In this document: positions 49,791 through 58,870 of the stretch, in pieces
How the letters are laid out: every line of letters starts with the position of its first letter
Position numbering within the stretch: position 1 is the stretch's first letter
Source of the DNA: Thermoproteota archaeon
GTDB taxonomy: Archaea > Korarchaeota > Korarchaeia > Korarchaeales > JAOZGB01
Assembly: GCA_037917685.1 (NCBI GenBank)
Contig: JAVCBU010000003.1
Coordinates: forward strand, 221,320 to 285,319
Direction: 5' to 3'
DNA: 64,000 nt
Made by a program: the position numbers and the translations under genes
Notes under the pieces: generated by a model
What the model saw: the letters and a program-made list of their open reading frames with translations, nothing else
The model's database searches: none
Told to the model about the DNA's origin: nothing

Positions 49791-49942
49791 TAGGAGGCTT
49801 CGTCATGCAGTGTCTTCATAACGTCGCTGTAGGTAGCCCTAAGGTCCTCCCTGTTTAGCTTCATGAAAAGTGATCTGCGTTTACTATGCGATTTCGGCGT
49901 TACACCCCTACAATGTAAAAGTTTATGGCGACGATCATTGAT
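49791..49942 (-). pseudogene. Degenerate partial copy of the PaREP1 gene at 54338..54748
   Basis: Near-identical DNA to ~54456-54613 (aggcttcgtcatgcagtgt..ctatgcgatttcggcgttacaccc..atgtaaaagtttatggcga) with a small deletion. Confidence 0.8.
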
Positions 49943-50530
49943 CGCGCGCGAAATCTCTATCAAATTCTAAATTGCATTTGTTACATTTCAACAACCTCTG
50001 CCCATTCGGGCTTTTCTTTAGTTTACGCCCACATATCGGGCAGAGGCTGGATGTACTTTTTTGATTCACATATTCTACTACCAATCTGTTCCATAAAGCC
50101 TTATACTCGATGGAAGACTGTAGTTTTCTAAAGTTCCACCTGTTTAGCCTTCTCCTCACCTTTTTGTTCTTCTTGTTTATTGATTCTCGCATGTGCTTGA
50201 GGTTTTCCATTACTATCTTGGCGTTATATTTCTCTGCCTCGGAAATGATTATCGAGGACACCTTGTGGAGATAATCCTCGATCTCCTTTTTCTCTTCCAG
50301 AATACTTCTGGAGAACCTTCCGCATCTTTAGCGGCTTCTTGGAGAGCTTCCTCCGGGTTTTCTCTCCTTGGGGTAGTTGTCGTGAATTCTCTTCGCTTTG
50401 TATATGTCCAGCCTAACAGTCTTTATAACGTTTCCGTGTAGATCCAAAACTGAATAAGTCGCATTCTTCTCATTGATATCTATGGTCATAGTCGTGTCAC
50501 CCTTACACCTTCCTTCAAATATTTGTCTGC
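49943..50530 (-). mobile_element. tnpB: IS200/IS605-family TnpB relic (frameshifted, truncated)
   Basis: RuvC-I IDINE in one frame; EDYLHKVS..IVMENL..WNFRKLQ..IEYKA..TSSLCPICG..CNKC..DRD in another. Confidence 0.85.
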
Positions 50531-50622
50531 TAAAATTGTGAACGCAACTCTTAAACCTGCTTTGCCATGTTATAAACATCATCCGAGCCACCTTACCTGT
50601 TGCTTATAACTGCCACCCATAT

Positions 50623-50671
50623 ACCATTATACTTAAAATAATGGTGTAAACCATATTTTACTGGTGTAAAC
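50623..50671. promoter_or_regulatory. Putative antitoxin autoregulatory operator
   Basis: ACCATTAT-ACTTAAA-ATAATGGT inverted repeat around a TATA-like core, plus TGGTGTAAAC direct repeats at 50642 and 50662. Confidence 0.5.
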
Positions 50672-50672
50672 T

Positions 50673-50912
50673 ATGATTTATGGTGTTGAAGTTAAAAAGG
50701 TGGATGATCAGGGTAGGATTGTCATCCCATCTGACTGGAGGTCCAGGGAACTTGGCGATGAAAGGGAGGTTTTCATAATCAAGTATAAAGGATACCTGAA
50801 AATAGTGCCAAAGAAGAGAGTAGACCTAACCAGGTACTTTGATAGCGTAGACCTCGAGTCAAACATAGGCAGCTGGCAAGACTTTGAGAGGAGATTCTAT
50901 GAGGTTCCTTGA
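50673..50912 (+). CDS. AbrB/MazE-family antitoxin
   Basis: KKVDDQGRIVIPSDWR. Confidence 0.88.
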   Translation: MIYGVEVKKVDDQGRIVIPSDWRSRELGDEREVFIIKYKGYLKIVPKKRVDLTRYFDSVDLESNIGSWQDFERRFYEVP

Positions 50913-51318
50913 CGCAAACGTATTCGTATATGCCTACTACAAGCCGAGGGGGAAACTCACCAAGGAGCAGAAGGATTTAAAGGACAAAGCAAAGGCAATA
51001 GTGAAGGCCATAAACGAGGGCAGAGAAGAGGTTATCACAAGCGTGGTACACCTCTCCGAGATATCAAACATCCTAAAGAGGGCGATGCCAACGAGCGAAC
51101 TCCACAACTTCCTGCTTGGTCTATACTCAAGGGAGAACGTAAAGATAGTTGGGGTAACAAGCGCCGACTACCTACTAGCAATCGAACTAATGAACGAACT
51201 AGACATGGATCCAAGCGACACACTGGCAGTAGCCATCATGAAAAGAAATAACCTAAAAGAAATATACACGTTCGACAAGGGATTCGACAAGATAAAAGAA
51301 ATAAAAAGAAAACCATAG
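50899..51318 (+). CDS. vapC: PIN-domain VapC toxin
   Basis: MRFLDANVFVYA, HLSEISNIL, DPSDTLAVA, IYTFDKGFD. Confidence 0.9.
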   Translation: MRFLDANVFVYAYYKPRGKLTKEQKDLKDKAKAIVKAINEGREEVITSVVHLSEISNILKRAMPTSELHNFLLGLYSRENVKIVGVTSADYLLAIELMNELDMDPSDTLAVAIMKRNNLKEIYTFDKGFDKIKEIKRKP

Positions 51319-51431
51319 AGAGATGAAAAGAAGAGCAGAAAGCTCAAAGAGGAAAGAGAAGATAGGGTAATCAAAGCTAAAAAAGGTATTAGGGGTCAAC
51401 TCTATCAGGTGAAAAAAAGATTTTCCTCTTC

Positions 51432-51848
51432 CTAAAATATTTTCCTCTTCCTAAATGCCCAATACGTGTAGAAAATCATCCATGTAGCTGTGAGAGGCAG
51501 GACAACTGTAAGCCAGTATTTGAGGCTTGTGAGGGCGGAGAAGCAGTTGACAAACAGGAATACAAGGAAGTTGATGTAGAAAGCTCTCCTCTGCCAGCCA
51601 TACCTCTCTATAGAACGCATAGCCTCTAAGGCAGCATGCCCCTCCCTTGTCAGCATGTACCTTCCATCAGCCCCCTTCTCAACAAGGCCCTTAAGCTTTC
51701 CCAGGTGGAAGTCAAGTTTTCCGCTACTCTTCAGTCCAAGCCTAGCCTTAAGCTCGGAAAAGCTCATCGGCCCCTCGTAGAGCATCCTAATGATGCGAAT
51801 ACGGATCGGGTGAGAAATGGAGTCAAAGGTACTTTCAGGCTCCCGCAT
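51432..51848 (-). CDS. ArsR-type winged-helix regulator with two C-terminal TM helices
   Basis: FDSISHPIRIRII..SFSELK..SSGKLDFHLGKL; hydrophobic tail. Confidence 0.8.
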   Translation of the reverse strand: MREPESTFDSISHPIRIRIIRMLYEGPMSFSELKARLGLKSSGKLDFHLGKLKGLVEKGADGRYMLTREGHAALEAMRSIERYGWQRRAFYINFLVFLFVNCFSALTSLKYWLTVVLPLTATWMIFYTYWAFRKRKIF

Positions 51849-52409
51849 ATACCCTCAGAAATTATCCCACAATACAGCTTTTAACCCTATCTACAGGTTT
51901 CATGGTCAATAAAAGTAGACATCCAAGTCTCCGGCTGAAGAAACCTCCACATCGCTGGCGAACCGGATCCGAGGCTCCGAGGCAGGCTTAGCCGCCTAAT
52001 CTACCTCGAAAGGTGAGCCAGGCGCGCCCTCCAAAGCGAAAAGCTTTCAATCCCGTTTAAGCCTTTTTACTATTTTTAATAGTTTTTTGGTAGATATCGC
52101 TTTATCTTTGGAGGGTTGATTTTTACTGTGTTATATTGTTTGTCTGGGAGCGGTTAGGTTTAGCTGGCTGTTAGAGGCGGGGTTAACCTGTATACATTTG
52201 ATTACGATGTTGGTGTGGAACATTGATATGCACATCCTGCGCGGGGCTTTATAGTTGTTGTGGAGAGTCCTATGGTTTTTACACGTTATTTTTTAATTGG
52301 TGCAGCATGCTTTAGGATGTCTCTCTGGGCGTTATCCTTGGTGTAGAGTGGCAGCTTCATATTAAGTAGTAAATTTTAAATAATAGTAATATATTTTTTC
52401 TAGTTCGGC

Positions 52410-52637
52410 ATGGTTAGGGTTAAGGTTACGAGGAATTATCAGGTTACGATTCCGGCTGAGGTGAGGGATGAGGCTGGGATTAAGATAGGGGACTACCTTG
52501 AGGTCTCAGTTGACGGCGACAGGATTGTATTGAGGAAGGTTCCGGTTGGGAGGCTGAGGCTTAGGACTGGAAGTAAGCTTGCACCTGAGGAGATTGAGGC
52601 TATCATTATAAGGGGGCTTGCTGGGGAGGTTGTTTGA
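52410..52637 (+). CDS. AbrB/MazE-family antitoxin
   Basis: VKVTRNYQVTIPAEVRDEAGIKIGDYL. Confidence 0.9.
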   Translation: MVRVKVTRNYQVTIPAEVRDEAGIKIGDYLEVSVDGDRIVLRKVPVGRLRLRTGSKLAPEEIEAIIIRGLAGEVV

Positions 52638-53047
52638 GGGCTGTTCTGGATACGAACGTGCTTGTATATGATACTTTTGAGGACAGCATGTTCCACGCTG
52701 AGGCTTCGGCTATTATGGATGAGCTTGAGGCATGGGTTCTCCCGTTGATAGTTGTTTATGAGTATGTATGGTTTATGAGGGGGCTTGGAGTGGATGCTAA
52801 GACCACTCTTAGAAAAGTTGAGGATTACACTTTGTCGCCTAAAACCTTAATGGTTGAGGGTGACAGGGGTATCGTTAGGTCGGCGCTTGGCATTATTATT
52901 GGCGAGGATGCCTCACTCTCAAGGTTCAATGATAAGGTTATTCTACTGGTGGCTGGGAGGATGGGCATACCAGTTGTAACCTTCGATCAAAGGCTTAGGA
53001 CTCAAGCTGAAAAGCATAAGGTGCCATATTATCCGAGAAAGCTATAG
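52634..53047 (+). CDS. vapC: PIN-domain VapC toxin
   Basis: VLDTNVLVY, VVYEYVW, FNDKVIL, VTFDQRL. Confidence 0.9.
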   Translation: MRAVLDTNVLVYDTFEDSMFHAEASAIMDELEAWVLPLIVVYEYVWFMRGLGVDAKTTLRKVEDYTLSPKTLMVEGDRGIVRSALGIIIGEDASLSRFNDKVILLVAGRMGIPVVTFDQRLRTQAEKHKVPYYPRKL

Positions 53048-53098
53048 CTGGCGCCGGGGTTTAGGGGTGAGCGCCGTTCCAAGAGCGTTACGGGTGCC

Positions 53099-53205
53099 AT
53101 TGGGCCTCTTAGAAATGGAGTGTTTTAGGATTTTGCATTCTCTTTAACAACCCAATTCTACTGTTTCGTGTTATTGGGCTTCTTAGAAGTGGAGTGTTTT
53201 AGGAT
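53099..53205. repeat. Two 33-bp direct repeats (31/33 identical) separated by a 41-bp unique sequence
   Basis: attgggcYtcttagaaRtggagtgttttaggat at 53099-53131 and 53173-53205. Confidence 0.8.
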
Positions 53206-53769
53206 AGCCTCCTCCGTTCCCCAATGTAGCATGGTGCTTGTTAGCGCCGGGGATTGCTGAAACATAATCCATCCTAAGTGGTGAGACGGGGGGTTGGCGG
53301 CTTATAAGCGTGGGAAGGGCTATGATAAGGTCTGGGGTCTAGGGAGATAAGTCTAACGCTATGTCTCCTGTATGGCTGGATGGTTTGTGTATGTTGGTGG
53401 GGGCCGAAAACAAAACAATACATATTCCCTTGGGAATCTCCACAGGAGAGGAGGGGCCAACCCGCAAATATAAGGATTCTGTGTCTTTCAAGGCCACCTA
53501 CGCCTCGCCCGGTGCCTAGCCCATTGGAAGCATGGCCTATAAAGACTTTTCAGCATGCCTTAAAGGACTTATAAGCCAAAACTCATGCTGGACTTAGGGG
53601 TGACAGGAATAATTATTTCCGGGGTTGGCATGACGGTGACAACTGAATCTTGGATTATCATTTTACATCGGGGCGGTGTTAAGTGGAGGGTTTCAAATGT
53701 ACCTTCTAATTTATGCGCTTCCAATCTCATATTTATATATTTTGGGGGTTAATCCTTTACTGATAAGAC

Positions 53770-54180
53770 TTGTCCGGCTGGGCCCTGATCGAGGAGGTTA
53801 AATCCAACCCAAAACTCAGAAGAAGCCTAGCAGAAAGCCTGGCGGAGGACATAGCACTAGAGATAATCTCGAGACCTGAAATAAGGAAGCCGCTGATCCT
53901 AGGGATCATAGAAAACGTAGCGACAAAGCAAGACGTGAAAGAGCTGAAAACCTACGTGGACACAAGGTTCGAAGAGCTGAAAACCTACGTGGACACAAGG
54001 TTCGAAGAGCTGAAAACCTACGTGGATCTAAAGTTTGAAAGGTTTGAGGAGAGGATTAACAGTGTTGAGAGAAGGATCGACGATCTCTACGGGGTTGTAA
54101 AGGCTACCCTCATAGCTATAACAGTCACCCTGGCATCTACGATAATAACCCCCCTAATCCTTAAACTTCTGGGAATATAA
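53770..54180 (+). CDS. Coiled-coil protein with hendecad repeats and a C-terminal TM anchor (DUF1640/CCDC90-like)
   Basis: VATKQDV, (ELKTYVDTRFE)x2.6, C-terminal hydrophobic helix. Confidence 0.75.
   Translation: MSGWALIEEVKSNPKLRRSLAESLAEDIALEIISRPEIRKPLILGIIENVATKQDVKELKTYVDTRFEELKTYVDTRFEELKTYVDLKFERFEERINSVERRIDDLYGVVKATLIAITVTLASTIITPLILKLLGI
53939..54026 (+). repeat. Perfect 33-bp coding tandem repeat (about 2.7 copies)
   Basis: gagctgaaaacctacgtggacacaaggttcgaa at 53941, 53974 and partially at 54007. Confidence 0.9.
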
Positions 54181-54337
54181 GTAGGAATGGCATGCCGATA
54201 AAGCGGGTTTTTAGAGGTTGCAGCTAGACACAGAGCTAAACAAACCCATATCTACGGTAAACCAGCAAAATGTTACATAGATAAACCAATTAAGAATAGA
54301 AGAGCAGTAAGATAACCCCAACTGGCAAAACATTCAG

Positions 54338-54748
54338 TTATAGATCTCTACTCAGCCCTCCCAACTCCTGGTCGGCTAGCTTTTTAAACTCCTTGATTAT
54401 CCTTTTGACTTGGTCGATGGCGTATCTTGCCTCCTCAGGGTTGTAGATTCCCTCGTAGAAGGCTTCGTCATGCAGTGTCCTCATAACGTCGCTGTAGGTA
54501 GCTCTGAGGTCCTCCCTGCTCACCTTCCTGAGAAGTAATCTGCGTTCACTATGCGATTTCGGCGTTACACCCAGCTTCCTGGCGATGTAAAAGTTTATGG
54601 CGATGACCATCGATAGAAAGGCTTTATCCGCAGCATTCCGGTAGAGAAGCATATCCTTGGTTTTGAGAGCCTTACTAAACTCTTCCTCAGCATATTTTAA
54701 AATCTCCTCAGCCGTTGCAAGGGAACTATCGACAACCCTCCCAACCAA
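54338..54748 (-). CDS. PaREP1-family (HEPN-like) protein
   Basis: YRNAADKAFLSMVIAIN..PKSHSERR..LHDEAFYEG. Confidence 0.8.
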   Translation of the reverse strand: MVGRVVDSSLATAEEILKYAEEEFSKALKTKDMLLYRNAADKAFLSMVIAINFYIARKLGVTPKSHSERRLLLRKVSREDLRATYSDVMRTLHDEAFYEGIYNPEEARYAIDQVKRIIKEFKKLADQELGGLSRDL

Positions 54749-54970
54749 GGGGTCCCACTAACTTATTAAACAGTAGGCTAGTATTTAAGGGTGTAATAGT
54801 TCAAGATGTTTAAATCTTCCCATGGCGTGACACGCATGGTTTCTTGAAGTTCTTTAAAGGGGTCTCCCCTCCGAATAAATGTAGGTCTGAATATTCTGCT
54901 TAACTCACGTTGTGCGAAATTGCGAGCCTTTCATGGAAAATTTTTTAAAGAAGGGAGAGAGCAGATAGTT

Positions 54971-56530
54971 ATGAACCAGAAAATTTTAATTTTAACCTTG
55001 GTTTCGGGGCTAATCCTTGTTAGTGGATTGTTCCTTTGGAGCATGGAGAAAATAAAAACTTCAAAAAAGCCTCCTACAACCACGCCGACATCTACACCTC
55101 AGGCCGAAGTTAAGAAACCAACAAAACTTTCTCAGGTTAGGGTTGCCTCCCTCTATCGAAGGGTAACAGACGGTGGAGTCATTGGCAGGGATCTGGATGA
55201 TGTTATAGAAATTCTCAAAGAAACCTGTACGGACTTCATATTCCAGGGATGGATGAGATTTGACCCCTGCCCGGAAACTTGTGACGAATTACCCTGGGAG
55301 GAACGGCAGAAATGCAACATAAAAGGTTACAGTTACGAACACCTTAGAAATGCGATTTCAGAGATAAAAAGGGAGATGCCTGATGTTATATTTGGTGGAG
55401 GGCAGGCGATGGAATTCTTAAATCCCGAATGCTGGAATCCGCTAACCGGAGAGTTTTTTGGCAGGGATGAAACCTGGGCTATGGCATTAGACCCGTCAAA
55501 GTGGGGTATTAACATGTCAAAAGAGGAGTTTCAAACCAAATGGGCAGTAAGTCAGGGTTGGGTGGAGGAGGGCCAGCCATATAACCCGAAGGAAGAGATG
55601 CCTTTCTATTTTCCCGACGTCACAAACCCGGATTTTCAAGACCTGTTTCTGAGTTGGGCGAAAAAGCAGATAGATTGCGGAGTTGATGCATACTGGATTG
55701 ATATGTTATTTAGGCAAGCAAGAGAGCTTAGGAGAATAACGGGAGACGAGAATCATCCGGCCGTGGTAGAATCATATAACGCTTCTTCAGAGATAGTGGA
55801 TAGAATTCATGAATATGGAGATTCAATAGGGAAACATATTTATGTTATCAGTTGGGCGGAGTGTGCAACATTCCCGTTTCCCCAGCCTGAGCTCGATGGT
55901 GTTGTGGTAACTTTTTCATCTAAGGAAGTTCGCTCCTTAGATTTAGATGAAGAGAGATGGAATAAAATGGTGGAAATAATCAGAGGAAAATTAGGGGATA
56001 TCCCAATATTTGCTATCTTTGACTATGGATTAGATAATTCCCCTTTAGCGGTTTTCAGCCAAGAATTAAGTAAGAGCCAAGCAAGAAATTTTTTGAGAAT
56101 AGCCGATGAATTCCTCCAAGAAAAGGGGATCATTCTCGTCTATCCTATACATGGAGGCAACATGGGAGTAAAAGATGTTAGAAAGCTTTCCTATGGCAAA
56201 TATAATTGGTATGACAGTCTTGCCCCTGAATTCCAGACCTACGAAACAATCAGAGAGCTTGCCCGAGAGAAAGCAGCAAAGGGAATGCTCTCCCATGTTA
56301 AGGACGCTTCCCTTCAAGAAAGGGTAACCAATGGGAAACTCACCAACAGAAGTGTAGGAGACGTGATTAACCTACTAAAAGAAGCAGAAACCGACCTCAT
56401 CTTAAGGAGCTGGTGGATACGGTGTCCGTTTCCCGAATCTCCAGAAACAGCATCGCCTCCTGACCATTCTTCTGATTATGTGAAAATACAAATTTCAGGC
56501 AGAAAGAGGCTATACCTATCAACAATTTAG
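54971..56530 (+). CDS. Membrane-anchored hypothetical protein (possible TIM-barrel glycoside hydrolase) with a decayed second copy of its domain
   Basis: N-terminal TM and PT linker; FPDVTNPDFQDLFLSWAKKQIDCGVDAYWID resembles TIM-barrel hydrolases. Confidence 0.6.
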   Translation: MNQKILILTLVSGLILVSGLFLWSMEKIKTSKKPPTTTPTSTPQAEVKKPTKLSQVRVASLYRRVTDGGVIGRDLDDVIEILKETCTDFIFQGWMRFDPCPETCDELPWEERQKCNIKGYSYEHLRNAISEIKREMPDVIFGGGQAMEFLNPECWNPLTGEFFGRDETWAMALDPSKWGINMSKEEFQTKWAVSQGWVEEGQPYNPKEEMPFYFPDVTNPDFQDLFLSWAKKQIDCGVDAYWIDMLFRQARELRRITGDENHPAVVESYNASSEIVDRIHEYGDSIGKHIYVISWAECATFPFPQPELDGVVVTFSSKEVRSLDLDEERWNKMVEIIRGKLGDIPIFAIFDYGLDNSPLAVFSQELSKSQARNFLRIADEFLQEKGIILVYPIHGGNMGVKDVRKLSYGKYNWYDSLAPEFQTYETIRELAREKAAKGMLSHVKDASLQERVTNGKLTNRSVGDVINLLKEAETDLILRSWWIRCPFPESPETASPPDHSSDYVKIQISGRKRLYLSTI

Positions 56531-56961
56531 AGAAGCATTAAGAGAAATAAAGAAAGAGCCTCCTGATGTGATTCTTCAAGCGGGCCAGGTTTGTTTTTAT
56601 GGGATAACTGGTTTGAGTAGGGATGTGATACCATCCCCCATTTACTACTACCGATTAGTGGTTAAATACCCTCTCAACGCCTGTCCTAAACCTGTTAGTC
56701 TCTTTTCTCCAGTCTCCATTAATGGTGCCCTATTTACACGTCTTAAACCTTAACCTAAAATGTTCAAGGATAAACTGTGGTTTCTTCCATCATTTCCTAG
56801 ATTTGAAAAAATGTTGAAATTCGTAATCCTCAATAATCTAAGTTTCTCTCATACGCCCTCCCCAGAAGATAGATAAAAGGGGTTCAATTTACCCTTACAT
56901 CTTTTCTTAATTAAATCCAGGAATTCCGGGACAAGCTCTAGATGATACCTATATTTTCCTC

Positions 56962-58290
56962 CTACCGACTATTTTGAACTATTAGCTTTATGAGGGAGCT
57001 TGTAAAAAGCCATTTATCCAGGAGGTCTCCAGCCTCCCTCCCACAGGTTTCCGAGAAAATATCTCTAAAACTTTTAAGGGTTGCTGAAGCCTCCTGGTCC
57101 CTGAGAAATCTCTTAAGAGCTCTCCAGAAGCAATCGTCTCCAACTGACCTTCGAAGCATGTGGAGGAGCCACGGCCCAACCAGGTATGAGGCGTCCGTGA
57201 GCTGTCTCTCACCGTACTCACTCAGCGGGGTTTCAAGTAGCTCTGGATTTTCATCTATCATCCCAACGAGGCGTTTTTTAGCTTCATCTAGCCTCTTATC
57301 TATATTAGCTCCTAGGAAAGCCTCCTCCGCTACTAGTTGAAGGTAGCTGGCGAACCCTTCATCTAGGAAGCGGGATGGGACTTCCTCCGCCGAGGGAGGG
57401 TTCCATAGGTGTGCCAGCTCATGATAGATAGCGTTAGCCCCATGGGGATCTCTGAATGCTCCCCTGGGAAGCAGGGCTCCAGCGACGTCGGCCTGGCCTC
57501 CCCAGCCTTCTGGAAGCTCTATGATTGTGTAGCCAAACCACTTTGGCGGTGGACCTATGAGCCCCCTGTAGAGATCTAGACATCTCCTAACCTCCTTAAG
57601 CATCTTAACACCGTACCTTCGGTCTTCTGGGAATACGTATAGCTGCAGGTCGCCCTCGTCTATTGTGGTAAACCTGGAGATTGAGATGTCGATTCTCCAG
57701 CTTGGAAGCTTGCTCTCGTAAATGTACCGCCTCCAACCCCCCATTTCCCGGGCTTCTAGGAGCTTCCCCGGGTTGGCAACCGTATATTCCCTCGGAACCT
57801 CAACTTCCAGCCTGTAGGTAAACCTTTGCCTTGGAAGATAGCTGACAAGCTTCCTAAACACTGGGGGAACTGGTACCGGGTAGGAGAAGGCATCAGGCCT
57901 TATTATTGAGTAATCCTCACCTATCCTATCACGAACGTATGGGAATATCTCTTCATAAGAGCTTATCCCACCCTCATAGCTTAGGTTGACCCCTAACTCA
58001 CCTCCAGGTTTTAAGGGCTTATTCAGTTTTAGCTCTATCAGATTTACCGTCAAACCCTTAAGATCTCTAAACTCCACCAATCTTTGGTTTATGCTAGCAA
58101 TCTCATGACTGCAGGACGAGGCCGTCACGCTCAGCCCCCTATTCAAAACCATTACAACCTTATCTAACTCTAAGCCCCTGCTCCTGAGATGGATGGCAGC
58201 ATCGGCTCTCAAGATACCATGATAAGGAAGTATCTCAAGACTAAGAAAGTATCTATCCAGATCTAGGGCTAAAGACATATCCGCGAACAT
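56962..58290 (-). CDS. M1-family (gluzincin) zinc aminopeptidase
   Basis: HELAHLW..FLDEGFASY, Y.VGPWLLHMLR..VGDDCF. Confidence 0.85.
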   Translation of the reverse strand: MFADMSLALDLDRYFLSLEILPYHGILRADAAIHLRSRGLELDKVVMVLNRGLSVTASSCSHEIASINQRLVEFRDLKGLTVNLIELKLNKPLKPGGELGVNLSYEGGISSYEEIFPYVRDRIGEDYSIIRPDAFSYPVPVPPVFRKLVSYLPRQRFTYRLEVEVPREYTVANPGKLLEAREMGGWRRYIYESKLPSWRIDISISRFTTIDEGDLQLYVFPEDRRYGVKMLKEVRRCLDLYRGLIGPPPKWFGYTIIELPEGWGGQADVAGALLPRGAFRDPHGANAIYHELAHLWNPPSAEEVPSRFLDEGFASYLQLVAEEAFLGANIDKRLDEAKKRLVGMIDENPELLETPLSEYGERQLTDASYLVGPWLLHMLRRSVGDDCFWRALKRFLRDQEASATLKSFRDIFSETCGREAGDLLDKWLFTSSLIKLIVQNSR

Positions 58291-58870
58291 ACCGCAGACC
58301 TAAAATATAAATCTCCGCGGACACGCAACAGAGCAACAAGAGACCCCGATACATGCATGACCACTTTAAAAGCTCAACACCCTATTTTAAAGCTCATTTA
58401 AAGCCTCCAAGCCCCTAACCCTTTCCGTATCTAAATCCCTCGCTAGACATGGATCCGTAAGGTGATGGTAGAGCCCTATTCCAAACAGGCCCGAGGAGAG
58501 CCTATCTACCTGTTGGACAGTAAGCTATCCCAGCCTGAAAACATACCATACACTATTACCACACCCTCAAAGACCACCATGCCTCAAGCTTCTGAGAAGA
58601 AGCCTTAAGAGATATGTAATACACAGGGAGTCAAAAGCTGGCGGGCTAAACTGCCCCTGCCAGGTTGACCTTTAAATCGAAACCTACAATTAAAGCGAAT
58701 AAGAATTGGAAGGATTTATATCATCTGATATTATCATTTGCTATTTTATATAAATCTTTAAAATTTTAAGTAGAAGCTTTTTGATAATTAATGAAAACCA
58801 AAAGTATTTTATTATAATTCAACGCGAAACGCTTATAAATACGCTTAGTATCTAATGGGTGTAGCAAACT

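Noticed and set aside
49943-50530. Functional Cas12f/TnpB nuclease partnering the orphan Cas6
   Set aside because: Frameshifted, truncated at both ends, no array or right end; Cas6 belongs to class 1 systems.
52044-52062. CTTTCAATCCC, resembling the start of a CRISPR repeat
   Set aside because: Single occurrence with no repeat partner.
53939-54026. 33-bp repeats as a CRISPR array
   Set aside because: Head-to-tail with no spacers and in frame within a CDS; this is a coding tandem repeat.
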